Shown piece after piece: positions 8,177-17,331 of a stretch of DNA of 60,060 nucleotides. The notes below the pieces were generated by a model. It made no database searches, was not told the DNA's origin, and worked only from the letters and a program-made list of their open reading frames with translations. A program made the position numbers and the translations under genes. The stretch is from an uncultured Candidatus Saccharibacteria bacterium (lineage in GTDB: Bacteria; Patescibacteriota; Minisyncoccia; Phycocordibacterales; PALSA-1337). Every line of letters starts with the position of its first letter. The first letter of the stretch is position 1. Where the stretch lies: contig CAZHHB010000005.1 of the NCBI GenBank assembly GCA_964532285.1, positions 1-60,060 of the forward strand, given 5' to 3'.

Positions 8177-9443
8177 TTTTGAATTGAGAATCCTTTATTT
8201 TACTCAAGATTTCTCTCCCTTTTAAATTGAATACCCCATGATTTTCCATGATACTTACGGGGCTTTGGATACGGATGAGATCGGAATTGTATTCGGTGTT
8301 TTGGTAAATGATCACATCGTAGCCGGCCTTTTTTATAGTATCGCCAACATCATCGAAAACTCCTTGTATGCTTTTTGTAACCCGTTGAACAATTTGTGCC
8401 CCATCGTTTATCTCTATGAGTTCCTGATCGATAGGGAGGCCCAAGAGAGATCTTAGATGAGCTTCAAAAGAAGTCAGTCCGGGTCTGCCTTTTCTTCGCG
8501 TTTCTTCTTGTAGATGAGATTCGAAAGTTGTCGAAGCTGGTTGTCTGGCGTTAACTTCTATGAGATGGATGCGTCCATTCGAATTCTGTTTTATGACATC
8601 TATACCGAACAATCCACGCCACCCATCTGTCTGTAGCTTTTGTCCGACCTCTCTGGCTATATTTTGGATGTTCTGCTTGTCTTGTTCGTTTAAAAGAGTC
8701 GAAGCTAGTCCCCAGTCGTTACCAATGGTGCTGAATTCATTTTCTGTAAATGGAGCCAATCCTGTTATCTGATAGCTTATATTACCAACCAATATTTTGT
8801 CTGATGTCACAACAGAATTGACGGTATAAGATGCTCCTTGAACAAATGCGGAAAGTCTGGCCATCCTTTCTGGAAATTTTTCTTGTATAGATGCCAACTG
8901 TTCACGTGTTTTGACGAGAATCGTCCCGTCTCCGGTGTGTCCGTGAGACCATTGAATGATGAAGGGATCATTTTTCCACACGATACTTTTTACAATCTTG
9001 GTCACGTGCGACGGTAAATATTTTTGTCCGAGTTCATTAAGCCAGCGAATCTGACTTATTTTATTTTCTACTTTTTCGGAGAGGGAAGATTTCGGATTCA
9101 ATATGTTCCAGCCGTTACCCTGAGTAGCCGCTTCCACGCGCAAGGTGTTTTTGAAAACTAATATGGAGACCTGGATTTTTTCTCCAGAATCCGAAAGCTC
9201 TTCTTGCGCTTTGGATATTATAGATCTGGTTGTTGGATGATTGAGGAGTTCAGTTGTTCCTAACACCTTATCGTCGATCGGCTCTATCAATGTGATAAAA
9301 TCCGGGTATTGTTTCTGGGCGCTTTCTCCGTATGTGGTTCTGTTTGAGATTATCAGATAGTCTCTGCTCGGAACTACTCCTAAGGCCCGCTCTATTTCCC
9401 TGGTCACATATATGATTTTTTTACCTTGAAATGTCATGCTCAT
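8166..9443 (-). CDS. ATP-grasp domain ligase
   Basis: 425 aa. WRGLFGIDVIKQNSNGRIHLIEVNARQPAS is a typical ATP-grasp C-terminal motif. Overlaps the downstream gene by 11 nt. Confidence 0.7.
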   Translation of the reverse strand: MSMTFQGKKIIYVTREIERALGVVPSRDYLIISNRTTYGESAQKQYPDFITLIEPIDDKVLGTTELLNHPTTRSIISKAQEELSDSGEKIQVSILVFKNTLRVEAATQGNGWNILNPKSSLSEKVENKISQIRWLNELGQKYLPSHVTKIVKSIVWKNDPFIIQWSHGHTGDGTILVKTREQLASIQEKFPERMARLSAFVQGASYTVNSVVTSDKILVGNISYQITGLAPFTENEFSTIGNDWGLASTLLNEQDKQNIQNIAREVGQKLQTDGWRGLFGIDVIKQNSNGRIHLIEVNARQPASTTFESHLQEETRRKGRPGLTSFEAHLRSLLGLPIDQELIEINDGAQIVQRVTKSIQGVFDDVGDTIKKAGYDVIIYQNTEYNSDLIRIQSPVSIMENHGVFNLKGREILSKIKDSQFKIEI

Positions 9444-9567
9444 AGTCTAGTGTTTTGTGTGGAAGTTCGCAAGCGCCATCCATTCTTCCCTAAATGGATG
9501 GCGTCCTGAACGAAGTGAAGGATGTTCTATATTTTTAATAAAAAACCACACGGACCGCATCAGCGTA

Positions 9568-10002
9568 TCAGTGTGGCAAGACTCCTTTTCTGAGGAGTTT
9601 TTCCAAAGAACAGACATCCATACCTCTGTAGGATAGGATACAGATTTGCCCATTAGACTTGAGGAGAAGAACTCCCTCAGCGCTATTATCTGTTATCACC
9701 TCTGGGTTTTTGAGGGCATGTGGCGACGTCGAACCATTTATCGATTTGATGATTGGAATATCATCATTCGTTATCAAGGGTTCAACAAGACTGAGCTTGT
9801 CTCCATCTGTCGACGCTCTTTCGAACCGACATTCTTCAACGACATTCAAGTACAGTTCTTTGCTATTGCCATCTGATTCCAGTGATATAGCATGCAATCT
9901 GCCAGCAAACCAACCAAAGCCGTTGAAGATTCTCACGATGACGATCTTCAAGGGTCCGGTGAATGGTTCAAGATCGGTCACCATCAAAGGTTTTGTATTC
10001 AT
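9568..10002 (-). CDS. hypothetical protein
   Basis: 144 aa with a strong Shine-Dalgarno sequence (aaAGGAGaaactgagtcATG). The competing plus-strand ORFs are low-complexity. Confidence 0.5.
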   Translation of the reverse strand: MNTKPLMVTDLEPFTGPLKIVIVRIFNGFGWFAGRLHAISLESDGNSKELYLNVVEECRFERASTDGDKLSLVEPLITNDDIPIIKSINGSTSPHALKNPEVITDNSAEGVLLLKSNGQICILSYRGMDVCSLEKLLRKGVLPH

Positions 10003-10044
10003 GACTCAGTTTCTCCTTTCTAGCATAATCCTATCATCATAAGC

Positions 10045-10050
10045 TATAAT
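10045..10050 (+). promoter_or_regulatory. -10 box TATAAT 9 nt upstream of the ATG at 10060
   Basis: aagcTATAATggcaacatcATG; no Shine-Dalgarno sequence. Confidence 0.35.
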
Positions 10051-10059
10051 GGCAACATC

Positions 10060-10311
10060 ATGTCAAAGAGACAAGTCATAATGATACTCGGTGTTTGGGT
10101 GGCCGTTTTCCTGTTCCTAGGTTTCCCTACGGGCTGGGACAAGATACTGGCTGTTCTGACAGGGGTGATTATCACCGGTATATCTTATAAGAGTTTATCG
10201 CGAGATACTGGCGGCGCAACCAACCCCACTGGCAAATCCAACGTATCCATGAATAAGGACGTTCCGTATGTTGAATACAGGGCGGGGGAAATTAATAAAA
10301 TCAATCCATAG
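10060..10311 (+). CDS. small membrane protein
   Basis: 83 aa with two hydrophobic helices (VIMILGVWVAVFLFLGF, ILAVLTGVIITGI). Confidence 0.5.
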   Translation: MSKRQVIMILGVWVAVFLFLGFPTGWDKILAVLTGVIITGISYKSLSRDTGGATNPTGKSNVSMNKDVPYVEYRAGEINKINP

Positions 10312-10319
10312 AAATCATA

Positions 10320-11516
10320 ATGATGCGATTCTGGAAAGAGTACGGAGCGACGCGAGTGATCGCGATTCTGGTGGTCATTTGTTTGATTATTTTGATCGGT
10401 GTTCTGGTGATATGGTTTTCTCCATATGCAAAGGTGGTATATCCGAATAGCCAGCAAGGGGCAGTTGCTGTCGGAGATACTTCTAGAGATATTGTGTATC
10501 ATCTTCCTACACCCAAACCGTTGAAGGCTGTGTATATGAGTAGTTGGGCGGCCGGTAATGATAAATTCAGGAAACATCTCTTCGATCTCGTAGATACTAC
10601 AGAGATAAATGCTGTGGTAATAGATATCAAAGACTACACTGGTAGGATTAGTTTCCGTGTGGAAGATTCATTTTTGAATGAAATTGGTTCTTCGGAAAAT
10701 CGTATCTCAGATATCAAAGATTTTATTTCGAAATTACATGAAAAGAAAGTGTATGTGATCGGACGCATATCTTGTTTCCAAGACTCATATCTAGTGAAGG
10801 TTCGTCCAGATTGGGCTGTGAAGTCACAACAGGGTGGAGTATGGGCTGATTACAAAGGAGTGAAATGGCTGGATGCTGGAGCAAAGCCTGTGTGGGATTA
10901 TTTGGTCGCTATTGGTAAACAATCTTACGCCTACGGGTTTGACGAATTAAACTTTGATTACATTCGCTATCCTTCTGATGGTGATATGACCGATGTTTTT
11001 TATTCTTGGGATGATGGGTTTACTAGGCAGGAGGTGATGAAATCGTTCTTTATGTATTTGAGAGAAAGTTTTGATGGTACGAATATTCCATTATCCATAG
11101 ATCTCTTCGGTCTGACTACCAGTGCTTCCGGCGATCTTGGTATTGGTCAGAGTCTCATAGACGCTCTGCCTTATTTTGATTATGTCTCTCCAATGGTATA
11201 TCCGTCACATTTTGCTAAGGGATTCCTCGGTTTTCCGAAGCCTGCAACACACCCGTATGAGGTTATTAAAAGCTCTATGGATAGTGCTATATCTAAAGCT
11301 AATATAGCTTCCTCTAGTCCAGAAAAAATTAGACCATGGTTGCAGGCCTTTGATCTGGGGGCTGTTTATACTCCAGCTATGGTGCGCGCGCAAATACAAG
11401 CTACCTATGATTCGGGGCTGGATAGTTGGATGTTGTGGAATGCGGCGAGTGTCTATGATAAAGAAGGATTGATTTCGAAAGAGGCTGTCCAAGGTCCGAC
11501 CTCGGACAAAATATAA
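10320..11516 (+). CDS. Putative glycoside hydrolase, TIM-barrel DUF4015/GHL-type, N-terminal membrane anchor
   Basis: 398 aa. TEINAVVIDIKDYTGRISF and FDELNFDYIRYPSDG resemble the putative glycosyl hydrolase domain family. Confidence 0.55.
   Translation: MMRFWKEYGATRVIAILVVICLIILIGVLVIWFSPYAKVVYPNSQQGAVAVGDTSRDIVYHLPTPKPLKAVYMSSWAAGNDKFRKHLFDLVDTTEINAVVIDIKDYTGRISFRVEDSFLNEIGSSENRISDIKDFISKLHEKKVYVIGRISCFQDSYLVKVRPDWAVKSQQGGVWADYKGVKWLDAGAKPVWDYLVAIGKQSYAYGFDELNFDYIRYPSDGDMTDVFYSWDDGFTRQEVMKSFFMYLRESFDGTNIPLSIDLFGLTTSASGDLGIGQSLIDALPYFDYVSPMVYPSHFAKGFLGFPKPATHPYEVIKSSMDSAISKANIASSSPEKIRPWLQAFDLGAVYTPAMVRAQIQATYDSGLDSWMLWNAASVYDKEGLISKEAVQGPTSDKI
11486..11509. repeat. Short palindromic unit (24-mer tgtccaaggtccgacctcggacaa), identical to 40552-40575
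   Basis: Encodes the last residues (QGPTSDK) of the 10320..11516 CDS. Confidence 0.9.
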
Positions 11517-11664
11517 AGAACTCGGTGAATATTATTTTTCAGTTTTCCACAGGCACTTGCATGTTTTATAATAAGTGGTATGATGTTATACCAGACAATG
11601 CCTCGACGCTTTTGGAGAAAGCGGTCTGTGATGGGGTGTTGAAGTTTCAAAAAGTTAGTAAACA

Positions 11665-11901
11665 GTGTACAAACATATGGCACATGAAGTTGTTGGACAG
11701 AAGCCAGCAGGAAAACAATCTGCTGGAAATACGAAGGATGGTCTTGTCAAAGAGATCGTCAAAAGCAGTGTGGTTGTTTCGGGAGGAATCCTGGTCTTCA
11801 TGCCACAAAAAGACGGCGGTAAAAAGAATGTCGTGTTGAGTTGTATGATGCACGAAGTCCCTGCGGTGGTTCTCAACCATCTCAATGCGGTTCCTGCCTG
11901 A
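11665..11901 (+). CDS. hypothetical small protein (weak call)
   Basis: 78-aa ORF (or 74 aa from ATG 11677) followed by a rho-independent terminator at 11940-11974. No homology recognised. Confidence 0.3.
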   Translation: MYKHMAHEVVGQKPAGKQSAGNTKDGLVKEIVKSSVVVSGGILVFMPQKDGGKKNVVLSCMMHEVPAVVLNHLNAVPA

Positions 11902-11939
11902 ACGGTATTCTGTGGTCAACATAGTGTCAATTTTTAGTC

Positions 11940-11974
11940 AACCCGACGCCTGGAGGCCGTCGGGTTTGATTTTT
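11940..11974 (+). terminator. Rho-independent terminator
   Basis: aacccgacg-cctggaggc-cgtcgggtt followed by tgattttt. Confidence 0.6.
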
Positions 11975-12007
11975 GCGATATATTTTTATGATATACTTTA
12001 AAGAGCT

Positions 12008-13888
12008 ATGGACGAGAATAGAATTACATATTTCGCAGAGACTGATGCCCGCAATAAGCGAGTGAAATTTGGCATCAAAGCAAAAGATAGAACCCGACAT
12101 GTCTATGTGATCGGGAAGACCGGTATGGGCAAATCAACCATGCTGGAGAACATGGCTGTGCAGGACATCATGAACGGCGAAGGGATGGCTTTCATTGATC
12201 CTCACGGCAAGACTGCAGATCTATTACTTGAATATGTTCCCAAGGAACGCATACGCGATGTTATATACATTGCGCCATTTGATGTTGAACATCCTATTTC
12301 ATTCAATGTTCTGGAAAGTGTAGACAGAGACAAACGTCATCTAGTTTCATCAGGCTTGATGAGTACCTTCAAAAAGATCTGGGAAGATGCTTGGTCAGCG
12401 CGTATGGAATATATTCTGACAAACACTCTTTTGGCTCTTCTGGAATATCCTGGGTCAACTCTCTTGGGTGTCAACAGGATGCTTTCAGACAAAGAGTATA
12501 GGAAGGATGTTGTTGCGCATATTCAGGATCCATCAGTCAAAGCTTTTTGGGTCAAAGAATTTGCGAATTATACCGAGCGTCAAGCGGCCGAGGCTGTGCC
12601 TGCTATTCAGAACAAGGTCGGTCAATTCACCGCCAATCCACTCATCAGGAATATGATTGGTCAGCCAAATTCCTCTTTTGATTTTCGTAAAGCTATGGAT
12701 GAACGCAAGATTATCATTATCAACCTTTCAAAAGGGAAGATCGGCGATGAGAATATGAAACTTCTAGGAGGACTCCTCGTGACGAAGATTTATCTCGCTG
12801 CTATGTCACGAGCTGATGTGCCAGATAGGATCATGAAAGTCCTGCCAAATTTCTATCTGTTTGTAGACGAATTCCAAAATTTCGCGAACGCTTCGTTCGC
12901 AGACATACTCTCAGAAGCCAGAAAATATAAACTCAATCTAACCATCGCCCACCAATACATAGAACAGATGGATGAGATCGTTCGTCCGGCAGTATTTGGC
13001 AACGTCGGCACAATGATCGCTTTCCGTGTGGGGGCAACGGACGCCGAGGAATTGGAAAAAGAATTTGCCCCTGTCTTTGTTTTGGAAGATTTGGTCAATC
13101 TGGGCTTTGCTCAAATATATCTGAAATTGATGATTGATGGTTTGTCATCTTCGCCATTTTCTGCGACGACATTGCCGCCTATTGCTCATCCAGACACATC
13201 TTATGTCAAAGAGATTATAGATGTCTCGCGAGAACAATATGCCAAACCAAGAGCTGAGGTTGAAGTGGATATTATCAAATTCCATGAACCGACAGTGAAG
13301 AAGGTAGAAGTGATTAAGGGGCAGGTTGCGGAAGTCCCCCAGAGACGTACGCCGTCGTCGCTTGCTAGCGACGCGGCTCGTTCTCAGCCGCCTGCGCGGC
13401 TTCCGAAAGCCGTCTCTGAAGGACTTCCGCAACCTGCCCCAACCTCAACTTCTTCCGTTCCCGTACCACCGAAAATTCAATCGGCAACAACAAACCCAGT
13501 AACACCTTCAAAGGCCTCACCGGTGCCAGTTCAACCTCCACCGACACCTTCCAAGCCCATATCAGCACCTGTACAAACCAAGCCTATAATTTCCAATACA
13601 AATAATGTTTCTATTCCACTAGCGACACTTTCACCTAGACCCCCTTCACAGAGGACTGATCACAAGGTCCAGTCATCAGGAAATGTTAACGATTTACGAA
13701 ATGCTTTGCAGGCAGTCTTGAAGAAATCCGCACCAACATCTACAACACCTTCATTACCATCGTCTACTCCGGGTGTTTCGAATACTACCAAATTCACCCA
13801 AAAGTCTTCCGGAACAGCGTCATCTGATAGTAAACCCGCGAATGAAGTACCTAGAGATGTTCTTGAGAAGGTATTGAAAGTTGACTGA
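12008..13888 (+). CDS. TraD/TraG/VirD4-family P-loop ATPase (T4SS coupling-protein-like) with a Pro/Ser/Thr-rich C-terminal tail
   Basis: 626 aa. Walker A VIGKTGMGKST, Walker B FYLFVDEFQNF, LTIAHQY. The last ~190 aa are low-complexity P/S/T-rich. Confidence 0.7.
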   Translation: MDENRITYFAETDARNKRVKFGIKAKDRTRHVYVIGKTGMGKSTMLENMAVQDIMNGEGMAFIDPHGKTADLLLEYVPKERIRDVIYIAPFDVEHPISFNVLESVDRDKRHLVSSGLMSTFKKIWEDAWSARMEYILTNTLLALLEYPGSTLLGVNRMLSDKEYRKDVVAHIQDPSVKAFWVKEFANYTERQAAEAVPAIQNKVGQFTANPLIRNMIGQPNSSFDFRKAMDERKIIIINLSKGKIGDENMKLLGGLLVTKIYLAAMSRADVPDRIMKVLPNFYLFVDEFQNFANASFADILSEARKYKLNLTIAHQYIEQMDEIVRPAVFGNVGTMIAFRVGATDAEELEKEFAPVFVLEDLVNLGFAQIYLKLMIDGLSSSPFSATTLPPIAHPDTSYVKEIIDVSREQYAKPRAEVEVDIIKFHEPTVKKVEVIKGQVAEVPQRRTPSSLASDAARSQPPARLPKAVSEGLPQPAPTSTSSVPVPPKIQSATTNPVTPSKASPVPVQPPPTPSKPISAPVQTKPIISNTNNVSIPLATLSPRPPSQRTDHKVQSSGNVNDLRNALQAVLKKSAPTSTTPSLPSSTPGVSNTTKFTQKSSGTASSDSKPANEVPRDVLEKVLKVD

Positions 13889-13908
13889 AGGTGTGGAAGT
13901 ATGAAGAC

Positions 13909-15090
13909 ATGAATCCTTGCCGTATCCTTATATTCTCAACAGTTTACTACCCACGCTTTATAGGCGGGGCTGAGGTCGCTGTCAAAGAGATAACGGATAG
14001 AATTTCTCCTCAAAATATAGAGTTTGATATAGTGACACTGAGATTAGATTCCAGCCTGCCCAGATATGAAAAGATCGGTAATGTAAATGTGTATCGCGTC
14101 GGTTGGTCTTCTCGTCGCAACACATCACCGGATTCGCTATCGTGGTATTTACATTTGAATAAGTACGCTTTTCTCTTGACTGGTTTTTTGAAAGCCATTT
14201 CTCTCAACAGAAAGAGGAAGTACAATACCATCTGGTCTCTTATGGCAAGTTACAATTCGTTTGCGGCTATCTTCTTTAAGCTCACTCATCCGCGCATCAG
14301 GTTCATCTTCACTCTTCAAGATGGAGATCCTATACCTTATCTGAAGAAGCGTGCTCGACCATTGTATCCATTTTTTAGAATGTTTTTCACCAAGGCCGAT
14401 CATATCCAAGCCATTTCAAATTATCTGGCTGATTGGGCAAAAGATATGGGAGCAAGATGTCCTGTGAGCGTTGTACCAAATGCTGTAGATTACGATTTAT
14501 TTTCAAAAACTTATTCTACGACAGAGCTCGAGACTCTCAAAAAGTCTCTTGGGAAAAAAGACGGAGACGTTTTCCTTATCACGACTTCTCGGCTAGTCGC
14601 AAAAAATGGCATAGGAGATATTATAAATGCTCTTTCTTTTTTACCTTCCAATGTCAAACTGATAATCCTCGGTCAAGGCTATCAAGAAGATATATTGAAA
14701 TCACAGACGTCCAGATTGAAACTAGAAGATCGTGTTCGATTCATGGGTTTTATTACTCATGAGAAAATGCCGCAATATTTACAGATTTCTGATATCTTCA
14801 TCCGTCCAGCTCTTTCAGAGGGTTTGGGCAATTCATTTCTCGAAGCCATGGCGGCAGGGATTCCCATCATAGGAACACAGGTCGGAGGTATACTGGATTT
14901 TCTGAAAGATGGCGAAACAGGTTTATTCTGCGAAGTACAAAACCCAAAGAGTATTGTTCAAAAAATTGAAAAGCTGATGAAGGATAGGGAATCGCGAGAT
15001 TATATTGTAAAACAAGCGAGAAGTTTGGTGGAGAGAAAATATCAATGGGAAAAGATTGCGAAAGATATGGAAGGTATATTGAGATCATAA
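13909..15090 (+). CDS. Glycosyltransferase family 4
   Basis: EGLGNSFLEAMAAGIPIIGTQVGGILDFLKDGETG (GT4 E-x7-E region). The ATG at 13909 is preferred over the GTG at 13891. Confidence 0.8.
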   Translation: MNPCRILIFSTVYYPRFIGGAEVAVKEITDRISPQNIEFDIVTLRLDSSLPRYEKIGNVNVYRVGWSSRRNTSPDSLSWYLHLNKYAFLLTGFLKAISLNRKRKYNTIWSLMASYNSFAAIFFKLTHPRIRFIFTLQDGDPIPYLKKRARPLYPFFRMFFTKADHIQAISNYLADWAKDMGARCPVSVVPNAVDYDLFSKTYSTTELETLKKSLGKKDGDVFLITTSRLVAKNGIGDIINALSFLPSNVKLIILGQGYQEDILKSQTSRLKLEDRVRFMGFITHEKMPQYLQISDIFIRPALSEGLGNSFLEAMAAGIPIIGTQVGGILDFLKDGETGLFCEVQNPKSIVQKIEKLMKDRESRDYIVKQARSLVERKYQWEKIAKDMEGILRS

Positions 15091-15105
15091 TACATCATAT
15101 AACAT

Positions 15106-16200
15106 ATGAATAAGTGTAATAAAATTTTAATTGCTACGGGCATATATCCTCCAGAAATAGGTGGACCGGCCACATATGCGGAGATGATGGCGCGAGAATT
15201 GCCTAAGCGGGGAATTGCGGTAGGCATCCTACCTTTTAGGGAGGTGCGTGGATACCCGAAAGTCTTTAGGCACATTATGTATTTCTTTAAGGTTATAAGA
15301 CTCTCGCGTGAGGCTGATATTATATTTACTCAAGATCCGGTAAGCACAGGTGTGCCAGTCATATTCGCTTCATGGTTCACTGGTAAAAAAGTCGTTATGC
15401 GTGTCGCTGGTGATTATGCTTGGGAACAGGCGCGACAAAGATTTGGCGTTGCTGACTCCATAGATGATTTCCAGGACAAAAAATATGGATTGAGGGTTGA
15501 ATTGTTCAGATGTCTGCAGAGATTTTCTGTCAAACACGCTGGTGTGGTTATTACCCCGAGTAATTATTTCAATAGACTTGTAAGTGGTTGGTTAAAAAAT
15601 AAAAAAGAGATAAAGACCATCTATAATGGTATAGAGTTAAGTGATGCTTTTGAGAAGGCTCCAAAATATACAGACAAAACCATTATCACAGCAGGACGAA
15701 TGGTTCCGTGGAAAGGATTTGATGTGCTTATAAAAATTTTAGGGAAGTTGCCGGATTGGAGGCTGATCATCGCTGGTGATGGGGCTGATAAGGAAAGATT
15801 GGTTGATTTGGCTAAGCAAGCTGGAGTGGAGAAAAGAGTTGAGTTTACGGGTAATATTCCTCGCACGGAATTATTCTCAAAGATATATCGTTCTCATATC
15901 TTTGCTCTGCTTACGACTTTTGAGAGCTTTTCATTCCAGACAGTTGAAGCGATGCATGTGGGTGTGCCTGTGATCGCTTCCAATATCGGTAATCTGTCTG
16001 AAATCATAGATGATGGTAAGAATGGTGTCTTGGTAAATCCTACAGATGAAGATGGTGTCCGCGCTTTGATTGAAAAGATTGGTAGGGAGAATGGATATGC
16101 TGAAGCTTTGTCGCGCGAAGCTATTTTCAAAGCCAAGGATTTCTCTATAGAGAAGACTTTGAATAGTCTGATTGATGTATTTAATGAATGTGTTAAATAA
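15106..16200 (+). CDS. Glycosyltransferase family 4
   Basis: ESFSFQTVEAMHVGVPVIASNIGNLSEIIDDGKNG. Confidence 0.8.
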   Translation: MNKCNKILIATGIYPPEIGGPATYAEMMARELPKRGIAVGILPFREVRGYPKVFRHIMYFFKVIRLSREADIIFTQDPVSTGVPVIFASWFTGKKVVMRVAGDYAWEQARQRFGVADSIDDFQDKKYGLRVELFRCLQRFSVKHAGVVITPSNYFNRLVSGWLKNKKEIKTIYNGIELSDAFEKAPKYTDKTIITAGRMVPWKGFDVLIKILGKLPDWRLIIAGDGADKERLVDLAKQAGVEKRVEFTGNIPRTELFSKIYRSHIFALLTTFESFSFQTVEAMHVGVPVIASNIGNLSEIIDDGKNGVLVNPTDEDGVRALIEKIGRENGYAEALSREAIFKAKDFSIEKTLNSLIDVFNECVK

Positions 16201-16201
16201 T

Positions 16202-17317
16202 ATGAAACTTATAATACTTTCAATTGATCATAATTTGTTGAACAGAGAAAGTGCAACTTCTCTGCGCATGTCACATTATGGTACATATGTTGGAGAAATA
16301 GATGTTATTTTAGTTGGAGCCTCCGGTGAGTCTTTGAACCTCAGTCAAAATGTGAGAGTTTATCCGGTTGCCGGTACCAATAAGGCATCTAGTTCATTCA
16401 AGGCTTTATCTTTGGCCAGACAGCTTGTGAAATCAGACACGGTTATAGTTGTCCAAGATCCATTTGAGATGGGATTGTGGGGTTTGGTTGTCTCGTGGAT
16501 CACCAAGTGTCCATTAAATGTTCAAATTCATATAGATTTCTTCAGCCCGTACTTCAGGAGACAGTCTGTCCGTCAGTATCTGCAATCAATGATAGCTCCG
16601 TTTGTTTTGCGTCGTGCTGATTCTGTAAGAGCTGTCTCTGGGAAGATTGCTGAATATTTGAAAGATGAATTGGGCGTCGATGCCAAGAAGATTACCATCG
16701 CTCCGGTATTTGTAGATTTGAATATTATTAAGAATAAATCAGTGACGATAGATCTGCACAGTAAATTTCCACAGTTTGATTGGATAATCTTGGTGGCCTG
16801 TCGTTATGTAAAACAAAAGAATATACCGTTGGCTATAGAAGCATTTGAAATATTCAAAAAGACTCACCCGAAAGCAGGTTTGGTGATTGCTGGTTCTGGG
16901 CCTGAAGAATCAACAATCAAGGAGATTGTGGTTGAAAAAGACCTTGAAGAATCGGTCAAGATCGGATCTTGGGCAGATGAATTCGCTTCTTGTATGAAAA
17001 CTTGCGATACATTCCTATTGTCCTCTGATTATGAAGGTTGGGGAATGACGGTCATAGAGGCGGCCAGTCTCGGCAAGCCAGTAATCATGACTGATGTCGG
17101 GTGTGCCAATGAGTTCTTGATACATGAGAAGGATGGATTGATCGTACCGACCCGTGACCCTGAAGCCTTGGCGGTGGCTATGTCCAAATATTATGACAAT
17201 CGTGCCTTTGCTAAAAATATGGGGCTGGCGGCAGAGCGCAGCGCTTCAACTTATATGACCATGGAAGAAAATGATATGCTCATGAAGAAGTCGTGGGAGT
17301 CAGCTGTGAGAATATAG
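16202..17317 (+). CDS. Glycosyltransferase family 4
   Basis: EGWGMTVIEAASLGKPVIMTDVGCANEF. Start taken at MKLIILS. Confidence 0.8.
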   Translation: MKLIILSIDHNLLNRESATSLRMSHYGTYVGEIDVILVGASGESLNLSQNVRVYPVAGTNKASSSFKALSLARQLVKSDTVIVVQDPFEMGLWGLVVSWITKCPLNVQIHIDFFSPYFRRQSVRQYLQSMIAPFVLRRADSVRAVSGKIAEYLKDELGVDAKKITIAPVFVDLNIIKNKSVTIDLHSKFPQFDWIILVACRYVKQKNIPLAIEAFEIFKKTHPKAGLVIAGSGPEESTIKEIVVEKDLEESVKIGSWADEFASCMKTCDTFLLSSDYEGWGMTVIEAASLGKPVIMTDVGCANEFLIHEKDGLIVPTRDPEALAVAMSKYYDNRAFAKNMGLAAERSASTYMTMEENDMLMKKSWESAVRI

Positions 17318-17331
17318 TATTGAATATTATT

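Noticed and set aside
9646-10042. Plus-strand ORFs 9646..9876 and 9659..10042 as alternatives to the minus-strand 9568..10002.
   Set aside because: The minus-strand ORF has a strong AGGAG Shine-Dalgarno sequence 9 nt from its ATG and continues the minus-strand gene series. The plus-strand products are Ser/Leu-rich low-complexity sequences with no start signal.
11517-12007. A structured RNA gene (SRP RNA, tmRNA, RNase P or a tRNA) in the 490-bp gap before the ATPase gene; competing small ORFs 11525..11839, 11647..11922(-) and 11655..11885(-).
   Set aside because: I found none of the hallmark strings: the SRP apical GGAAG...AGCAG motif, a tmRNA tag ORF with a TCCACCA end, RNase P conserved regions, or a tRNA T-loop GGTTCGAAT with matching stems. 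Only the plus-strand ORF ending at 11901 is followed by a terminator, so it is kept as a weak CDS call.
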